The notes under the pieces were generated by a model that worked only from the letters and a program-made list of their open reading frames with translations, was not told the origin of the DNA and did not search any database. From contig NW_003314356.1 of assembly GCF_000143415.4 (NCBI RefSeq), positions 1-64,000 on the forward strand: a stretch of DNA of 64,000 nt. The letters run 5' to 3'. Position 1 is the stretch's first letter; every line of letters begins with the position of its first letter. The stretch comes from Selaginella moellendorffii. Lineage: Eukaryota > Plantae > Lycopodiophyta. Both the position numbers and the translations under genes were made by a program. Below, piece after piece: positions 39,401 through 51,109 of the stretch.

Positions 39401-40223
39401 GAATATTCAGACACGAGGACTGAAAAGCGCACTGGTGGCGCGTTGAAGAAGGACAAACAGACAAGCAATAGGAAAAAAGGAGGTACAAATTATATTTGCA
39501 ATGGCGTGTGGTCTCATGCCATTCCTTGCAGGAGACACTTCTTCAAAGGCAAAACAGGCAAGCACCAGCCAAGCTCAAACTGACAGTGGTCATAAAAAGT
39601 GAAAGCACGTTGGACAGTCGTCAGGATCAGAGGCGTTTGATTCGAAAAGGAAGAAGGGCAACGAAAAGATGATAGGTAATGCCTCGCGGTCACCACCTCC
39701 TGACTCAGATTCCTATGGCGGACTCCCCTTCCCCAATCTCAATGGAGAGGTACAATGGATGAGGGATGCTTTTCAAGTCAGGGCCACATTTTTCTCATCT
39801 TGTCGTCTTCGAAGGGTGCAAGAACGTGCAGAAACCATGTTAAGACAGTCGGGTGAGGATACGGTCCTAGGTCACGCACTAAAACAGGCTATGGATGTCT
39901 TGTATTTTGAGATGGAGACTCGGCCAGATGATTTTCCCAAGATGGTCCTGGAAGAACAAGCCATCTAGCCTGAGCAGCCTATGGAAGAAATGCAGGAGGG
40001 GGATGAGGAGCCAAAGAAAGATAATGAGCAGGAAGAGCAGAAGGACGAAGAGGAGGACAAAGAAGAGGAGGACGAAGAAGAGGAGGACGAAGAGGACTTG
40101 GATGGTCCTCACAATGGTGACGATCACAATAACGACGACGACAATGATGACGACGATGGCCAGCCTGAGGTGGCCAAAGAGCAGCGGAGGAAGGTCATAC
40201 AAGACAAACCATCAGGTAAATAA
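36428..40223 (+). pseudogene. Multi-exon gene: ParB/Srx-like domain + degenerate beta-class N6/N4 DNA-methyltransferase-like domain + acidic tail
   Basis: ATG|GTAAGT at 36428 with intron to CAG 36669. In-frame 54-nt intron at 37849-37902. Further introns start at ~39218, ~39355 and ~39483. ParB-like motifs IDVSRI / HRLVSDEWVEKLKQKM / FYAVSGQHSSLA / ISHAQN. MTase-like NPEK..WEMLSWVF..CVVEYNCGGLFFRAALLKGVPCVAV. In-frame stops at 38563 and 39966. Confidence 0.65.
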
Positions 40224-40445
40224 TAGTACATCCATTCCTAACCTTTTACCATTTCTAACATTGTCCAAGTAGGTTGCAAAGCAAATGGTAAGTAGAGATT
40301 ATTCAGTTGAATTAAGATACAAACTCTAGCCTTTAGTGTCGAGGAAGGATAGTGCCAAGCAAGGGTCGAAACGTATGTCCAATCCTTCATAATCATCAGT
40401 GCGCCCAATAGCAGTTGATGGTAAATACAGTATAGTCGATTCAAT

Positions 40446-41965
40446 GTGCTAATGAGTTTGTTTTTAGTAGCCAGTAGGGAGGATACCATCTCAATCGAAG
40501 GGAGATATTTGGACATGCATATGGATCCACTAGTGGACTCTACTTGCCTGCAAGAGTCATCAGAGCTGGTGGAGGCTACTATCCATATCAACGCCAAGCA
40601 AGCTGACCACGCTCCACTTGATGCTGCCCATACCACTGAGTTAATCTTGTCCACGTATCCAACTGACGGTGACCAGGTGCCATTGGACCCGCATGAGGCC
40701 GCCCCAGTCGCCAAGCTAGTCGTATCCTCATTTCCAACGGACTCAACGTGTGCCCAATCGTCTGACTACGCGCCGTTGGAACCTCCCTACACCGCCCCTG
40801 CTGCCTGTTCGGTCATGTCCACTTTGCCAACGGAGGCACCAGCTGAAATGGCGTGTGATCACACGCCATCGGAACCACCCCATGCCACTGTTGAGCCAGT
40901 TGTACCAGAGTCTACAGCTGAAATGGCATGTGCCCACACGCCATCGGATGCGATTGACCCCACATTGCAGAGGAGAGTATTTCCGCCCTTCACGTTTCCT
41001 CGACCAAAACCCTCTGAACGACCATCGGGAGCACCATTCGCTAATATTGTAGATGGTAAAATTGACTTGTACAATTTTTTATGCTGACGCATTTCATTTC
41101 AGAGTCACGGCGAAAGTACTGTATCGTTTTTGATCTGAACGGTGTCCTTTTCTCCCATGAGCGTGGCTCGTCCTCGAATGTCATTGCACCCTCCAAAGCC
41201 TGCGGTCGCAAGTTGGTCAAAAGAGACAGATTCACATTAATCACACGGGAGAAACTGCGGGATCTAATAATGACCATGCAACACTTAAAACAGAGGGCCG
41301 GGTTCAATTTGCAATTGGGAGTTTGGACATCCATGATGCGCCACAATGCATTAACGTTGCTACAAATGATGCACGATCAGACACGAGTAATATTACCATT
41401 TGACTTTCTCCTAACGCAGGAGGATTGCTTGACTATGGTCCATGTGAGGGGTAGCAAGCCCATCTTCGTCAAGCCAGAGGCTGTAGTGATGAACCGGACT
41501 GCTAGGTCAAGTGAAATCCTCATCATCGATTACTCGCCGATTAAAACTGCAGCGAACACGCACACATATGCAGTGCACCCCATCTCTTGCAGTATGGAAA
41601 CTAGGGAGAAGAAACCGTATGTTCTGGGGGACCTTGCAAAACGGCTTGGAGCGATAGTGATAGAGAACCGGCCAGTCCAGGAGGTGGCTACAGAAATCAA
41701 CCAAATGGCAGATGGAACGGTATATCAGAAGCCATTTGATCGGACAGACACCAGTCATCATTTATGGCATGTATATTGTCTAGCCAAGCACTATCCGCAT
41801 CTCCATAATCTGCTCAACCGGATGGGTTCTTCGACCACTAAACATGAGCGTGGACGTATTAGAGAAGAGATGGCATTACTATTGGGTTTAAATCCTGATA
41901 GTGTGGAGAGTGATGAAATTCCAAGATTATTGTATAGGCGTTGGAGGCAAAAAATAACAGTCTGA
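40446..41965 (+). pseudogene. Pro/Ala-rich linker + FCP1/NIF-type HAD phosphatase-like domain (frameshift in T run at 41075-41080)
   Basis: CIVFDLNGVL (HAD motif I variant), LGVWTSMMRHN, LTQEDC, KPIFVK and ILIIDYSPIKTAAN match the DLNG subgroup of FCP1-homology proteins. Confidence 0.8.
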
Positions 41966-42407
41966 GACGGCATGTATTTATTTAAAAATGTAACTTATTA
42001 TGGCATGGGGTTCCATGCCATTGTATTAATATTAAAATACAATTCTTTGAGAGGATTTGCATTATACTAGAAGTGTTACAGCATGTTATTGGAAGTCTAC
42101 GAAGTTGTTTTATTAATAAGGGGAAAGTAAAGATTGAATGGGGACTTGGGCTCCACCTAGACTCAGAGCAACTGAGCCAATATTAAAAGGATGGAAAGAA
42201 ATTGGACAATGATGACAAGGAGAAGAGAGAGGTGAAGCAGTGGCAGGGGGAGGAGAAGTGATTGAGTAGACATTTCCTTGTTTAAAATAAAATGGCATGT
42301 GCCTCAATGCAGTTGAATTTTGTTATATTTATATACTATATAAAGGTTTGGAAACCTTATTTTACAAGTGGGATAATGACAATTCCCACTTTAACGAAAT
42401 AAAGCTT

Positions 42408-43818
42408 ATTCACACCTTTTTAAGGTCACAACTCAAGGAATGCTCCAGAATATTTACAAATTTTTTATGACAACCAAGATCCCAAATCACTACTTCACAA
42501 ACGATCAAAAGAAAAAATTTGTCTTGAGGACATGACGATATTCAGTTGTGGGAGGCAAACTATATAAGCTTGGACATGACAACATCTTGAGAAGATGCAT
42601 AGAATCACAAGAAGAGATTAAGGATCTACTCGATGAAGCTCATGCAGGAAGATCAGGAGGTCATTTTGCCAAAGAAATTACAGCCAGGAAAGTGTTACAA
42701 GCTGGATTATGGTGGCCGACACTTTGGAAAGACACCACTCAGCATTGTCAAGAATGTGACATATGTCAAAGAATGAAGTTTCCACTGAGGAAACAAACTC
42801 AGGAACTCAATCCAACAATGGCATTGGAACCCTTCCAGCATTGGGGACTTGATTTTGTTGGACCTATAGTAAAAAGTAGTAAAGGAAATCAATATATTTT
42901 GGTCGCTACTGATTATATGACAAAATGGGCAGAAGCTCTCCCACTAAAGAAAGCCACAGCAAAAAATACAGCCAAGTTTTTCTATGAAACAATTATAACA
43001 CGATATGGATTACCACAAGAAATTGTTACAGATCGAGGAACACATTTTCTGAATGAGACCATCGACATTCTTGTTAAAGAATTTATCATCAACCATAAGA
43101 AGTCGACACCATATTACCCCCAGGGTAATGGACAAGTAGAATCAACAAACAAAACGCTTAAAAACATACTCAAGAAAATAGTCAAGACAAACCTTAAGGA
43201 TTGGTATGAAAGAATTTACGATGCTCTTTGGGCTTACAGAACAACCTACAAAGTTTCAACAAATTCTACACCTTTCAAGCTTGCTTATGGCCTTGAAGTG
43301 TTAACACCACTAGAGTATACAGTACCATCCTTGAGAATGGCCATGAACTTGAAATTAATCAAGAAGAATCGATCAAGAAAAGACTCGCGATGCTTAAGAA
43401 ACTCGATGAAGAAAGACTAAGTGTAATATGGACAATCGAAGCAATACAGGCTAGAAGGAAAGCTTATCAAGATCGCAAACAAGTCAAAAAAAACAAAGCG
43501 CATTACAAAGTAGGAGATTTTGTATTATGGTATTGTGGCAATGTGGATAAACTTGGAGGAAAACTCGTTCATCAATGGGAAGGACCATTCAAGATTACAA
43601 GTATACAAATCCCAGGAACAGCAAAACTTGCAACTTTAGATGATGAAAAATTGCAAGTAGTTAACTTGAACAAATTGAAGATTTACAAGCAACCACAAGT
43701 GCTTCACACTATGGTGGAATACCAGAAATTTCAAGAGAAAAAGCTCAGAGAAATCAACGAAAACACATTCAAATGCATGCAAACAGAGAAAATTTGCCTC
43801 AACAAGAATGGGACCTAA
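42408..43818 (+). pseudogene. Gypsy integrase (continuation of pol after the DNA transposon)
   Basis: H..SGGHF..WWPTLWKD..C..C (Zn-binding); WGLDFVGP, IVTDRGTHF and PYYPQGNGQVE (DDE core); WEGPFKI. Confidence 0.97.
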
Positions 43819-45690
43819 CCCTAATCTTGGCGGCTGAGAGAAGAAAAGAGTTCCGGGCGACAGTGCATCAGGAAAAAGGGAGCCCACCAGGGGCAAACAG
43901 TGATCAAGGCTGCAGCGATTCTTGGTCTGGTGAAAGCGCAGCTTCAATGAGGACTAGAGTTGGGTCAAGGGCTCCATGCTGTCCACGGGAAGAGGAAGAA
44001 CCGATAGATCTCTTTGATGAGGAGAACAAGGTATGCACGGTTTTCCAAGTGGGCAATCTGGTATGGTCTCGCGATGAGACTCTTGATGCGTGGCTGCGAA
44101 AGCATCAACTCTATGGCTTTTCGGTCCTAATGGCAGCTACGACAAGCACTAACCACCAGGGAATCGAGAGGAAGATTATCGATTTTGCACGCGGAAAAAT
44201 CACAATTGAAGAAGAAGACTTCGCCAAAGCTCTTCAGCTACCGAACAGGGGAAAGCGAGTGACAGCTCCGCAAGACAGAGCCATTGATCCGGAGATCATG
44301 AAGTGTGCAGCAAATTACAAGACAGCAGCGTCTCTGCAGCTCTCCAATGTGAAGGAAAAATTCCGAGGGATTTTTAAATTCCTTCTCGCGACATTGGAAT
44401 TCCGACGCACGGTGACATCAGTGAGCAAGAACATTGCCTTCATCTACGAGGACCTGAACAATGGAGTCCAGGTCGACTTTGGAGCATACGTTTACACCAA
44501 GTTCCATAGGGAACTCTCACAGGTTTACAATGCGCTGGAGAGTAAGAAGAAAATTACAACAACGTTGTTCCTGTATATTGAGGCTTTGTCAGTCAACAAT
44601 GACAGAGCATTGGTGATCGTCCCTCACACCTAGGTGAAAGCAGTGAAGGAGAAGCATGACCATAGTGACGGGAGCGAGGCACAAGAAAAAGAGGATGAGG
44701 AGCAAGATGACCAGGAGGAGGCACAGGAAAATCAAGTAGAAGATGTGGACGACCAGAAGGAGGCGCAGGAAAATCAAGTAGAAGATGTGGATGACCAGGA
44801 GGAGGTGCAGGAAAAATGAGTGGAAGTTCAGGACGAACAAGGAGAATTCCAGAAGGAAACTCCAAAGGAGTAGGGACTTGTGGAGCGCGAGAACAGGAGG
44901 AACCACCCCATGACGAAGACAACCCAGTGGATCACACGCAGGACATTCCACCACCACAGATACACGTTCAAGACGAAAGCACTCCAATCGACAAAGCTGA
45001 TCCAAAGCAGCTCCCGGAGGCTCAAGTTTGCAGTCTTGAGTCAGCAACATAGGACTGTAACCTTGAGCCCGAAACGGTTGTGATAACTGCCACAGCCAAA
45101 GACAACAAGAAGGGTTTCGACGAAGCAAGTCATGGGCTCTCACCAATCGACAAAGCTGACGAGATGGACAACTGTGGACAGCAGGATGGAGCAGAGCAAC
45201 ACCTCCACAACCACCCTCCACGCTGCTACATACCGGAGAAATGAGGCCGTGAGGAGCAGGATCGCAGCAATCATGGCAACAAGCTCCTCAACAACTTCCT
45301 CCAGCAATATCACGACTCAAAGCTTGCCATGTACACTCACGAAGGCATCGAGAGCTTCTACGAGAAGATGTTCATCAAGCCGACGGAGCAGCGCCTTTCC
45401 AAACTCGAGGATGGATTCAAGCAGCTGAACGCCGCCATCAAGAGCATTCGCAGTCATGGAATCCCGACTCCGAAATCCTGTAAGGAATCCTTTGATCTTG
45501 CGCAGCAATACGAGCGGGAAAATGCAAGGCTCAACAAGGAGCTGCTTGCAGCAAAAGAAAGAATTCGCGCGCTTGAGGAAGCAATCAGACTTATGAAGAG
45601 GAGGAAGAGGAGGAGGAACCACATGAGGGAACGACTACCCAGGATGCAGCAATGGAGCAATGACTGCAGGACACAGCACAAGACAGTCGT
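43773..45690 (+). pseudogene. Extra sense ORF between integrase and PPT (plant-transposon-protein-like domain, acidic repeats, coiled coil)
   Basis: ITIEEEDFAKALQLPNRG...GVQVDFGAYVY..FHREL. 42-bp repeats at 44710-44815 (DQEEAQENQVEDVD). C-terminal heptads ENARLNKELLAAKERIRALEE. Broken by stops and frameshifts. Confidence 0.65.
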
Positions 45691-46339
45691 GGGAGGGTGG
45701 AGAAAGAGGAAAAATCAAGCTCGGAAGTTGAAGCTTAGGAACACAAACTTGAGAGGTTCAAGGTTAGGACTATATTCCTAACCTTGACGTGAGCAGCAGC
45801 AACTATAAAAGTAGGAATTAGAATGTTTTTAGACTTATCTCTAATACAAAATACATTGCAATACATTGTCATTCTATTTATCTCTTTGGCTCTTCTTGGC
45901 AATGGCAATGTCTTACTTACCCACCGCCTTCAAGGGATCAAAGGCGTGGGACTAGCACCTTCAAGCACATGTTTACAGTCTCTACTTGGCTTGGCACAAG
46001 CAGTTTAGAGATTCCAGGAGTTTTCATTTTCATTTCTCATCATGCTTTAATATGTATATGAAAGTCTCTAGCAAAGCATTAGTCTATACCAATTATAATT
46101 TTAAATTGTCCAATCAAACCTTTGACAACTAAACCTCACAATTAGACCTATGTTTAGAAATCTCCTCACTTGAGTCCTCCTTGTGTAAGGATTCTTCATC
46201 CACTACTTTTTATTCAATTGAAGGCTCCATCTCTGTAGGTGGTTCAATCTCTGCCATTGTTTTCTTACACCTTGACTTAGCAATCTTCTAATAATCTACC
46301 TCTATCCTTCACTAGAACTGAGAAAAAGGTTCTAATACA

Positions 46340-49300
46340 AAAATATAAGCTTCTAAATTTGGAGGTCAACAAGCCCAGTACTACTGAAACCCAAGGAAAC
46401 TTAACCCTAAATAATTGGAAAAAAGGATGCACTTTTATTCATAGGCCCTTTCCCTCTATAGTTTAACCATAATAGATTATTTTTCGAGTCATTCTCTTTG
46501 GTTACTTACATATATTCTCATGAAGTTTTATAGCTTAATTAAATTAAGTTTGTCTTGAAAATCCTTACTCAAATGTAATTCCAACACTAATGCTATTTAG
46601 AGGTACTTTCCAAATATTGCCAACTAAGGTTCTACTATGTTGGCTATTGTTGAATGTGAATTGCACTAATAGAAAATATAAATCCTACTTTGGCCAATGC
46701 TACAACATAGTATATCCTCTACTACTTGATTCAACACTCAATTTACCCATCTATTTAAGGATAATCAACACTTAAGAACTTCAAAGTCACTTACATAACC
46801 TTCACAAAGCTCTCCCAACATCTAATAGTGAACTTTAGTCTTGATCACTAATGATATCCTTTGGCAAGCAAAAATCAGGAAAGACTTTCTCCACGTAGAC
46901 TATAGCTAAAATCAAAGGTAGAGACAGTCTTTTTAAGGGTCAACAACTGTACATACTTCATCAATCACTCCATTATGATCCATATATGCCTCTATGTTTA
47001 TGGTAAATAAGTGATGAAGTTTATAGAAATACTACACCAACAGCTCTAAGCAATAAGCAAAGGTTACAAAAGTTGCTCCCAACTTCTCTCGTGACACTTT
47101 TATCTATTGACATAAATGATTTGCAATATTTGAGGATATTAGCCTTTATATTCCTCCAATAAAAATTGCACTTAATCACCTCATATGTTTTCTTCCCCCA
47201 AAAATGACCAATCTCTGGAAGATCATGGTAGTAGAATAAAACATAATTAATCAACGCATCCACTTGTAGTAAATACACATACCCATTTTAGTAAAGAATC
47301 TTATCCACCAATGAGAAAGGTGCATCTATTTTGGCTCACAAAGAGACTCTTCTCATCATCCTAAGCCTAAGCATACTCAACCAATTGCCTAAACTCACTA
47401 ACCACCTTACTCAAGGCATCTCAAAAATGAGATCTACAATATTGTAAGCTCTTGAATTTGAACTTCTTAGGAGGTCACTCAACCCAATATTATTCAAATC
47501 AAGGAGACTTAACCCCAAATATCCCAAGACCTTTAACCGATTGAAAAAGGGGATACACTTTTATTCATGGCCTTTTTCCCTTTATATTTGAATCTATATC
47601 GATTGTTTCTTGACTCATTCTCTTTTATTGCTTATAATCCACTACATTTCTCTACAAGTTCATGCCCTTGTGAACATAAGCTAAGATCTATAGCTCTTTT
47701 TAGAGTTCCACTCTCTTTATCCTTAAGTCAAGCTCAGCCAAAGGTAAATTAGACTTGTTAGATATCATTCTCAATATGTGGTATGATTCCTCTAAGCTAA
47801 CTAATAGAGTCGGATCCAAGACCCCTTTGATACCAAATGTAAACTCCTAAATTTGGACTTTCTGAAAAGACACCTAACACAATACTATTGAAACCCAAGG
47901 ACATTTAACCTTGAATATCTTAAAAACTTTAACCAATTGAAAAAGGAAATGCATTGTTGTTCATAAGCCTTTTTCTCTTTATATTTGTCTCTCGAGTCAT
48001 TTTCTTTAGTGGCTTATAGATATCCACTAGATAAAAAGTCTTCACAAGTGTGGTTTTTGCCAACATACACTTATAGCCCCTCTACATAAGCATCAAAATG
48101 CTAGGCAAGGGTAGTTACACTTTATATTGTATATGTAAGAACTTCTTATGTCACCAAGATGTGCTCTTCAATAAACTTTCCCAAAATAAAATTGTTATCA
48201 CTCCTACTATTTAGTAAACTCCACATTGACTACCACAAAATATACCCTCCAGCATTAAAGCTGATGCACAAATGTCCTTAGCCTTTATTTTGTTCCACAC
48301 ATAGTTGAGTTGATGAGCAACAAGCAAAAGCCCCTTCCTTTAACTAGAATGGCCATCATCATCATCTTTACACTGCAAATTTTGTAACATTTTAGTATCT
48401 GATTTGCTGTCACTAAAAGATTGGTCATTCTTCTTCCTCTACTACTTGTTCTTCAACTACCAACAATCAACCTTATAGTTTTTAAGTTCACCACAATGGT
48501 GACAATCTTGTTTATTATTCTTCACAAAGAACTTGTACTTCTTCACATCCAAAATAAATACCACAGACTTCAACTTGTGATGTTTGTTCATGTTCTTATG
48601 TCCATAGCAATCATCATGATGATTCTCAACTGAAGGACTCCTCAAATGCTTGCAAGACTTATGATTGTCACTGTTAAGTCAATGAGCCACATCAAAGATC
48701 TCCTCTAAACTCTTTGTAAGATGGGAATGATATATATGAGGCCTCATGTTATCATTGTGAAAGCCATTAATGAAGTAGGAGTTGTTTTGATCTAGATCCT
48801 TTATTAGAAACAATTAATCAAGCAAGTAAGTGGTTTAGTTTCCCTAGACTATTAATCTTATATGAGGTGGTGTTAATCTTGCTAGAGGCAGTGTGTTAGC
48901 CACCAACTTTGATCATGTGGTCAATGTTTGTCAAAGGGAAACTCAAGGGTATATTAAAGCATGTTAAAGTAGGGAACTTAACCTACCTTAAGGCTCATAA
49001 TGGAGCGGCAGCACAGTGGAGCTTTTGAGGTAACTCAAGGGTGGTTGGGTGATGAGGAATCTCAAGAAGTGGCATAATGTAATTTAGAGAGACTAGATCT
49101 TTGTCTTTTTATGCTAGATCATAATATTAGTATCAAAGGAGTTTGTTGTGATGGCCAACCAAGTTGAACACTAGAATCCTATTGTCGATAGTGGTGCCAC
49201 TAAATAGATTGACTCAAGATTCCAACTTTTTCCAGTGATGGTGGTGTGGACGAGCCAATGTGAAGAAGTTCTTAGCTGCTAAAGGAACTCAAGATGCAAA

Positions 49301-49557
49301 GGCTTTAGTGGTTATTCCAATGGTTTTATGTGATGCAAGTCTTTAATAGTGGAATTGGCTTGAGGAGTCTCATGTTGTACATAAGAAAACCACCAATGTA
49401 TACCATGGATGAGTTTGAGGTTGCTTTTCATTTATGTTTTACCCCTCATTATGACATGGAGAATGCTCGCACAAATCTTTAACATTTTCAGCAAGGGAAA
49501 ATGACACTTGAGAACTATATTGAGAAGCTTGCTTGTTTGATTAGCTGTGTTCCAATG
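46340..49557. mobile_element. Mosaic of highly degenerate LTR-retrotransposon remnants
   Basis: Minus integrase Zn-domain remnant (HDLPEIGHFWGKKTYE..NFYW, ~47150-47230). PBS-like TGGTATCAAA at ~47827-47836. Three related LTR-like blocks (46350, 47480, 47840). Zinc-knuckle remnant CHHCGELKNYKVDC at ~48480. Plus-strand gag remnant at 49400-49557. Confidence 0.7.
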
Positions 49558-50990
49558 TGTAAGCCACAAATTTTTCCCTTCCAATTTGCCAGCTTACCTC
49601 GTCTATCCGACCAACACTACCTTAGTTTTTGCTAAGTTCTTTCACCAAGGTTCCTGCCTATTGTACCAGCTCCTACTTGGTCCTACTTGGTTTCAGCTAC
49701 TCACTACATGAGCAACGGAGCGTTAGCCATCCATCCACAGATTCCCAAATCTCTCCCAATCCCCCTCCCCGGGTTAGACTAGACTTAAGGTTTAGCTACA
49801 CTACCTGCAGGCACAAGCAGCCAAGCACACCAAGCCTCCAAGTTCCTAACATCCCTTGTTACAACAAGACTTGATCATGGGACCCTCTAAATCCCAAGCC
49901 TTGGATGCAACACTTGCTTCAAGACACCGGGGTGAAACACTGTGGCCTAACGGCATAGTATGGGTACCTTTACCCCCTAACTTCTATCCCGAAGGGGAGG
50001 CCCAAGCCCCTAGGAAGGGTGAGGACCAATGAGCCACAAGGTACTCAAGTGGGGCACCACTCCACATGAGCTGGGAGCACCGCAGTCGGTTTCCCTTTCG
50101 GGAGTGGGAGCTGCTTTTGAGCACTTCCTTGGGTGGCCCCTCTGGCACCACCTGAGTCCATGCTCACTCCCACCCAAGGCCCCTGAACCCTAGTCTCAAC
50201 CTCAAGTCAGTTTGGAAGCACCACTAGAGAGTTCCTTCAAGACTGGTTGCTAGACCTCACTATCCCTACTATACTTTTGGAACCCCTTGCAGCCCCCCCC
50301 CCCCCCCCCCCCCCGGGAGACACACACTTTGGGCTTTCACCCCTTGACCTGTATTAGTACTTGGACTTAGTTTCAGACTCGATCTCGGACCTGACTTCAG
50401 ACTCAGTCTTGAACTCGATTTCGAACTCAATCTTGGACCTGATCTCGGACTTAACCATAGACTCGACCTCAGACTCGGTCTCAGTCTCGGTCCCGATCTC
50501 GGATCTCAGACTTTGTCTTGAATTTGTCTCTGAGTCGGCCTCGGACTCAATCCCGGACTCTATCTCAAACTCGGTCTTAGAGTCGGTCTTGGACTTGATT
50601 TCAGACTTGGTCCCATCTGATAAACTCTTTGTCATTTCGGTCATGCTTTTGGGGATCCTTTAGCCTACGACACCTCAGGGAGATGGTTCTTTACAACTCC
50701 ACCACCCATAGAAGAAATTCAATGCCCATATCGAACATCTCTTTTTATCCTACGACTTGTTGACCATGTCTCTGGGGGCATCCCCCCACTTAGCGGTGTG
50801 CCTAAGTTAGCCTCCCCGGCCAAGAGCCCATGGCAACGGAATATAGGTGTCCCTATACCCCTCACCTCACGATGCCCTAGTATGGGGTTGGGACTTGAAC
50901 CCAGCCTTGCTTTACTAGAGGGTTGGGACTCGAACTCAACCTCCGTAGAATATGTCTATGGATTCGACATCCCCGTGGGGAGTCGGGTGT
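49558..50990 (-). mobile_element. LTR, probably the 3' LTR of the adjacent chromovirus-type Gypsy
   Basis: Starts TGTAAGCC. Inverted homolog of 23383-25517 lacking the TRIM. Confidence 0.8.
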
Positions 50991-51109
50991 AGTTCCCTAC
51001 GCCTGATCGACCTAGCTAACCTATGCTAATTAGCTTACCTTCGGTGCGCCTTCGGGCCCCAACATATGCCATTGCTCAACTTCACAAATTGATACTTTAA
51101 TTGAACTTT

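Larger units (their letters stand above)
29343..42312. repeat. Dispersed palindromic motif TGGCRTG-N6-CAYGCCA, ~25 copies
   Basis: Copies start near 29343, 29657, 29746, 30346, 30506, 30652, 31994, 32051, 33897, 33967, 34065, 35387, 35546, 35681, 36457, 36534, 36594, 37871, 39361, 39502, 40849, 40924, 42001 and 42293. Half-sites near 30160 and 35310. Confidence 0.92.
29116..42407. mobile_element. 13,292-bp Sola-like DDD DNA transposon with cargo genes
   Basis: TIRs AAGCTCTATTTCGTTAAAGTGGGA (29116-29139) and the reverse complement of 42384-42407 match at 23/24. 4-bp TSD ATTC at 29112-29115 and 42408-42411. Removing the element restores the pol reading LPDSHLFKV. Confidence 0.93.
25895..45876 (+). 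mobile_element. Ty3/Gypsy LTR retrotransposon with an extra 3' ORF, interrupted by a 13.3-kb DNA transposon
   Basis: 179-bp direct repeats at 25895-26073 and 45698-45876 starting TGGAGAAAG. PPT GGGAGGG precedes the 3' copy. Domain order is PR-RT-RH-INT. The PBS and gag N-terminus appear deleted and the true LTR 3' end is uncertain. Confidence 0.9.

Noticed and set aside
29343-42312. Palindromes as a CRISPR array or MITE family
   Set aside because: Spacing is irregular (tens of bp to >1.8 kb), there are no cas genes, no TSDs flank the copies, and the context is eukaryotic and intron-containing.
29116-42407. CACTA, Mutator or hAT classification, or bacterial contamination
   Set aside because: Ends are AAGCT with a 4-bp TSD. 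The genes have GT-AG introns and the element is cleanly inserted in a plant Gypsy pol.
23383-50990. One giant element bounded by ~1.4-kb inverted repeats
   Set aside because: The repeats have LTR features, one adjoins its own integrase, and no shared TSD is seen. Independent insertions in opposite orientation are simpler.
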